DNA of 64,000 bases from Candidatus Micrarchaeota archaeon. Its GTDB lineage: Archaea > Micrarchaeota > Micrarchaeia > Anstonellales > Bilamarchaeaceae. A program made the position numbers and the translations under genes. The DNA lies in assembly GCA_043812915.1 (NCBI GenBank), contig JBDRLQ010000016.1:36318-100317 (forward strand). The letters run 5' to 3'. Shown here one piece after another: positions 60,611 to 64,000 of the stretch. Numbering within the stretch: the first letter of the stretch is position 1; every line of letters starts with the position of its first letter. The notes below the pieces were generated by a model. The model ran no database searches and was not told where the DNA came from. It was given only the letters and a program-made list of their open reading frames with translations.

Positions 60611-61864
60611 ATGGCAGACTATGAAGTAAAAGACATAGGATTAGCAGAACAGGGAAAGCTGAATATCTACTACGCCGAGCGCAACATGCCCATCATGATG
60701 CGCATAAAGGAGCGCTTCGAAAGGGAGAGGCCATTCGAGGGGATGACGATTGGGTTGGCCCTTCACATCACAAAGGAGACTGCGGTGCTCGTTCGCACCC
60801 TGGCCGCGGGCGGCGCGAAGGTCGCCCTCGCAAGCTGCAATCCGCTGAGCACCCAGGATGATGTCGCAGCAGCTCTCGCAAAGGACGGCGTCCATGTATA
60901 CGGATACAAGGGGGAGAACAAGGAGGACTATTACAAGTATATAGAGAATGTAATCGCGCAAGAGCCGGACATCACAATCGATGATGGCTGCGACCTTGTC
61001 ACTGCATTGCACACCAAGCACCAGGACAAGCTGGGGAAAATCATCGGGGGATGCGAGGAGACTACGACTGGGATAATCAGGCTCCATGCGATGGAGAATG
61101 ATGGCGTCCTGAAATGCCCGATGGTGGCGGTCAACGACAACAAGACCAAGCACCTGCTTGACAATTACTATGGTACGGGGCAGTCCAGCATCGACGGGCT
61201 CCTGCGAGCTGCCAACATGCTGATTGCTGGGAAGGTCTTCGTTGTCTGCGGATACGGCGACTGCGGAAAAGGGGTCGCGCTCCGCGCAAAGGGCTTTGGC
61301 GCCAATGTCGTAGTGACGGAAGTGGACGCGTTCCGCGCGATGACCGCCGTGCTTGACGGGTATCGGGTGATGCCTGTTGCCGAGGCGGCGAAAATCGGCG
61401 ACATATTCCTCACTGTTACCGGGGACAAGCACGTCCTTACGGTCGGGCACATAAAGAGCATGAAGGATGGCGCAATCGTCTCCAACTCCGGGCACTTCGA
61501 CAATGAGATTGATATAGAGGGCCTTGAAAAAGCGGCCTCATCGAAGAGGAAAATAAGAGCGTTCCTGGATGAGTACGAGCTTGATGGCAAGAAGATTTAC
61601 GTTGCCGCAGAAGGGAGGCTTGTCAACCTTGGGGCGGCCGAAGGGCACCCGTCCGAAGTGATGGCGACCTCCTTTGCCGGCCAGTCCCTTGCCTGCGAAT
61701 ACCTTGTCAAGAACAAGGGAAAGCTCGGGAACAAAGTGATAAGGCTGCCGGTGGAGATTGACAATCATATCGCCGAACTCCAGCTTGAGGCTATGGGAGT
61801 GAAAAAGGACACGCTCACTGAGGAGCAGAAGAAATACCTCACAAGCTGGCAGGAAGGGACGTAA
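60611..61864 (+). CDS. ahcY: adenosylhomocysteinase (SAH hydrolase)
   Basis: NAD-binding VCGYGDCGKG, catalytic-domain motifs, and archaeal-type length (about 417 aa). Start at MADYEVKD. Confidence 0.9.
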   Translation: MADYEVKDIGLAEQGKLNIYYAERNMPIMMRIKERFERERPFEGMTIGLALHITKETAVLVRTLAAGGAKVALASCNPLSTQDDVAAALAKDGVHVYGYKGENKEDYYKYIENVIAQEPDITIDDGCDLVTALHTKHQDKLGKIIGGCEETTTGIIRLHAMENDGVLKCPMVAVNDNKTKHLLDNYYGTGQSSIDGLLRAANMLIAGKVFVVCGYGDCGKGVALRAKGFGANVVVTEVDAFRAMTAVLDGYRVMPVAEAAKIGDIFLTVTGDKHVLTVGHIKSMKDGAIVSNSGHFDNEIDIEGLEKAASSKRKIRAFLDEYELDGKKIYVAAEGRLVNLGAAEGHPSEVMATSFAGQSLACEYLVKNKGKLGNKVIRLPVEIDNHIAELQLEAMGVKKDTLTEEQKKYLTSWQEGT

Positions 61865-61952
61865 TCCCTTTCCTTATTTTGTAGCGCGGCCCTTCCCCCT
61901 TGCGCATCCACAAAGCATTCTGTCTTATCTCACGCTATACATGCCGTTCCTT

Positions 61953-62987
61953 TTAAGAGCCCTTTTTTCTTTTTGAGTCCTGCTTTCTATCATCCATCAC
62001 AGAGCTGCAATCTTCTGAATGGAGTTCGGTGAGGTCGCCGAACACTTCAACCCCTGCCACGAAATCGTCAAATATCCCCAGCTCGTTCAAGGCATCCACC
62101 ACCATATCTCTCGTGACATCCGCGCATTCACCCCGCTTATCCAGCTGGATGAAGGCTGTGAGCGCATCCACATCCCCCTTGAGAATTTTATGCTCCTCGA
62201 TTATCGCGCATAGGTGTTCATCGACATATCTGTCCCAGGAATCATCGGCCAATTCGCTGGAATCACTGCTGGTTTTGCTTTTCCCGCTCTTCCTGCGCCC
62301 CCTGCAGTGTTTCTCATCAAAGAGCCGTTCCCACAGCCTCCTGATGTCCGCCGCAGTAACAAGGCCGTGGGGTTCACCCATAATCCGGTTATATCTTATT
62401 GCAAGCTCTTCAGGTGTGAGTTCCGGATGCCTTCTTCTAATCGACATCAGGCAATTCCGCTCCGGAAGGCTCCATTCGGCCTTAGGCGCAAGCACGACCT
62501 GCCGGTTATTCTTTTGCGCGAGCAGCTCTTCCACTTCCTTTGTGGAAATCCTTTTTCCGAACCTGCCCCAGAGCCTCTCAGAGATTTTGTCCGTGCCAAT
62601 CCCACGCGCGTGCAATGCAAAAATCAGCCTCTCCATCCCGGACGTTATCCTGGGCGCAGGAGGCAGCTTCTTTCCCCGCTCGTATGCTCCTTTGCCCTCC
62701 TGGACTAATATTGAGAGCTCTTTTCCAAGCTGTGCGATTGTAATTAGGGGCAGTCCTCTGCTTTGGGCAATCTCATTACACTTGGTCGAAATCCTGTTGA
62801 GCAATTTCCTGGTCGGATTCGTGAGAGCTTTCCTTGCGATGCCCTCGTTTATTATCACTCCAATCAGCACCGCCCTCATTGCCGGTGATAATGATGTGCT
62901 GATGTCAAATTGCCCAATTTCCTTAGATGGCTTTTTGCCCTCTCTCCCGTCTCCAGCCCTTCCAGCTCTTGCAGTGACCCTTCCCAT
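61953..62987 (-). CDS. hypothetical protein (344 aa; start uncertain)
   Basis: Protein-like composition with basic patches. The antisense plus-strand ORF 62029..62994 is Ser-rich low-complexity and judged spurious. Confidence 0.45.
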   Translation of the reverse strand: MGRVTARAGRAGDGREGKKPSKEIGQFDISTSLSPAMRAVLIGVIINEGIARKALTNPTRKLLNRISTKCNEIAQSRGLPLITIAQLGKELSILVQEGKGAYERGKKLPPAPRITSGMERLIFALHARGIGTDKISERLWGRFGKRISTKEVEELLAQKNNRQVVLAPKAEWSLPERNCLMSIRRRHPELTPEELAIRYNRIMGEPHGLVTAADIRRLWERLFDEKHCRGRRKSGKSKTSSDSSELADDSWDRYVDEHLCAIIEEHKILKGDVDALTAFIQLDKRGECADVTRDMVVDALNELGIFDDFVAGVEVFGDLTELHSEDCSSVMDDRKQDSKRKKGS

Positions 62988-63084
62988 AAAATAATGCCTG
63001 TATACACCGTCTTAAAAATTTTTGGAAATGACCGAATTCATGAAAAAACAACAATTATAAACACTTATTTACACATATTATGCT

Positions 63085-63663
63085 ATGCAGAGGCGTCTGA
63101 CTGATTCAAGAACCCAGGAAAGAAGCAATCCATCTTCAAGCACTATTAGGAGGGCCGCGGCAATCGGGGCATTCTCGATGTCCACGCTTGCCCTTCAGGG
63201 CTGCGGCAACAATCCATCCTCAGGCATCGCAGCAGATGCGCAGCCTCGGGCCGCAGCGCCTGATGCGTATAACTCGAAGGTACCAAGGAGCAGGGAGGTC
63301 GAGAGGCTCCGCCAGATAATTTCCGAGAGTAAGAACAACGACGTTGCAAAGGATTACATAGTGGGAATGGCAAATCAGCGCACCGATGCGGAAGTCGTCC
63401 TAATGATTGACCTGGCATCCACGTTCAGGAGATTAGGCATGGGCGGCGATGACATAGTAAACGCGCTGATACAGATCGAGGATCCCTTGCCCGAGAAGGG
63501 TTTTGCGGTAAAGCGCGGCCCGCACGGATTCGAGAGCATGGGCCTGGACACGCTCCTGAAGCGTGCCGAGGCTCTTAGCGGACCAGATTCGAATTATCGG
63601 TTCGGCCACAGATTCGATGTGGAAAGCAGCACCCTCTTCCTAACGATGAGGCATGCCGAATAA
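63085..63663 (+). CDS. hypothetical lipoprotein-like protein (lipobox LALQGC)
   Basis: Hydrophobic segment ending in LALQGC, then a Pro/Ala-rich linker and a globular C-terminal domain. Confidence 0.45.
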   Translation: MQRRLTDSRTQERSNPSSSTIRRAAAIGAFSMSTLALQGCGNNPSSGIAADAQPRAAAPDAYNSKVPRSREVERLRQIISESKNNDVAKDYIVGMANQRTDAEVVLMIDLASTFRRLGMGGDDIVNALIQIEDPLPEKGFAVKRGPHGFESMGLDTLLKRAEALSGPDSNYRFGHRFDVESSTLFLTMRHAE

Positions 63664-63717
63664 AAGCCGCCTCTTCAAACCTTCTTTTTTAAATTCTTCC
63701 TTAGTTATTCATCTCCA

Positions 63718-64000
63718 TGAGTTCTGAGAATGATTACGAGAAGCTACTGGATGGCATCTACGAGAACCTTCCAGAGAGGGCGACGACCGGCGAGCGGTTC
63801 GAGATGCCGAAATTTGAATTCTTCACAGAGGGAAACAAGACGATTATCAAGAACTTCAAGTCGGTGACCGATAAAATCAGGAGGGACCCCGAGATGCTTA
63901 TCAAGTTCCTCACAAAAGAGCTTGCCGTCCCTGCCGAGCAGCAGAGCGAGAGGCTGGTCCTCCAGAGGAGGCTGACTGGCGACATTGTAAACAAGAAGCT
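63718..64000 (+). CDS. translation initiation factor 2 beta subunit (aIF2-beta), 3'-truncated by the window end
   Basis: Manual translation MSSENDYEKLLDGIYENLPERATTGERFEMPKFEFFTEGNKTIIKNFKSVTDKIRRDPEMLIKFLTKELAVPAEQQSERLVLQRRL matches the conserved aIF2-beta N-terminal pattern. No stop codon before position 64000. Confidence 0.7.

Noticed and set aside
62029-62994. 321-aa plus-strand ORF overlapping the minus-strand 344-aa ORF
   Set aside because: The plus-strand product is Ser/Leu-rich low complexity without structure-like periodicity. The minus-strand product has balanced composition and charged helical segments, so the minus strand was chosen at low confidence.
1-64000. CRISPR arrays, rRNA genes
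   Set aside because: No series of regularly spaced direct repeats of 25-40 bp was seen. No rRNA-like conserved stretches were seen. The repeats present are short promoter-proximal motifs or protein-coding tandem repeats (Kazal-repeat genes, beta-helix gene).

Overview
This window reads as an archaeal chromosomal segment. Archaeal informational genes are present: TFB, topoisomerase VI A/B, archaeal-type PGK, a partial aIF2-beta at the window end, and a KH-domain aDim2-like protein. By eye the GC content is about 55-60% (not computed). The Fic gene at the 5' edge and the ISL3 element with its neighbouring gene (about 28.1-30.3 kb) are clearly lower in GC.

Ordinary content, in window order:
- a metal/redox homeostasis cluster (rubrerythrin, NikR, ZIP transporter, DUF318 permease, DUF134 plus DUF5320 pair, DsbD/CcdA-like thiol:disulfide protein)
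- an NhaP-type antiporter, pyrE and pyrF
- a compact group-4 (Ech/Mbh-like) [NiFe] hydrogenase operon with hycI and pcm
- topo VI, a gadC-like permease plus glutamate decarboxylase pair, TFB, an MtaD-like deaminase, PGK, type IA topoisomerase and SAH hydrolase

Accessory or unusual content:
- An island at about 23.4-39.5 kb holds a 1376-aa beta-helix surface protein with a C-terminal TM anchor. It also holds a frameshifted ISL3 insertion sequence with recognisable inverted repeats, a 943-aa Cys-rich secreted protein, and an orphan 3' pseudogene fragment of a paralog of that protein. The island ends with a 1601-aa membrane protein that matches no family I recognise and a divergently transcribed archaeal AAA-type ATPase.
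- Two tandem secreted proteins (817 and 543 aa) each carry an N-terminal Kazal-type domain followed by 11 and 7 tandem six-cysteine repeats. They sit next to a MacB-like ABC exporter (two FtsX-type permeases, one ATPase), a COG1361-like surface protein and a PadR regulator.
- A secreted HExxH (gluzincin-like) metallopeptidase has three 4-Cys mini-repeats.
- A tandem pair of paralogous secreted proteins shares a C-terminal domain.
- The window is notably rich in cysteine-rich exported proteins and encodes two thiol-disulfide oxidoreductases.
- Several exact palindromes or direct repeats lie in divergent promoter regions.

No CRISPR array, rRNA or convincing tRNA was found. All functional calls are by eye from motifs and remembered family signatures; no searches were run.
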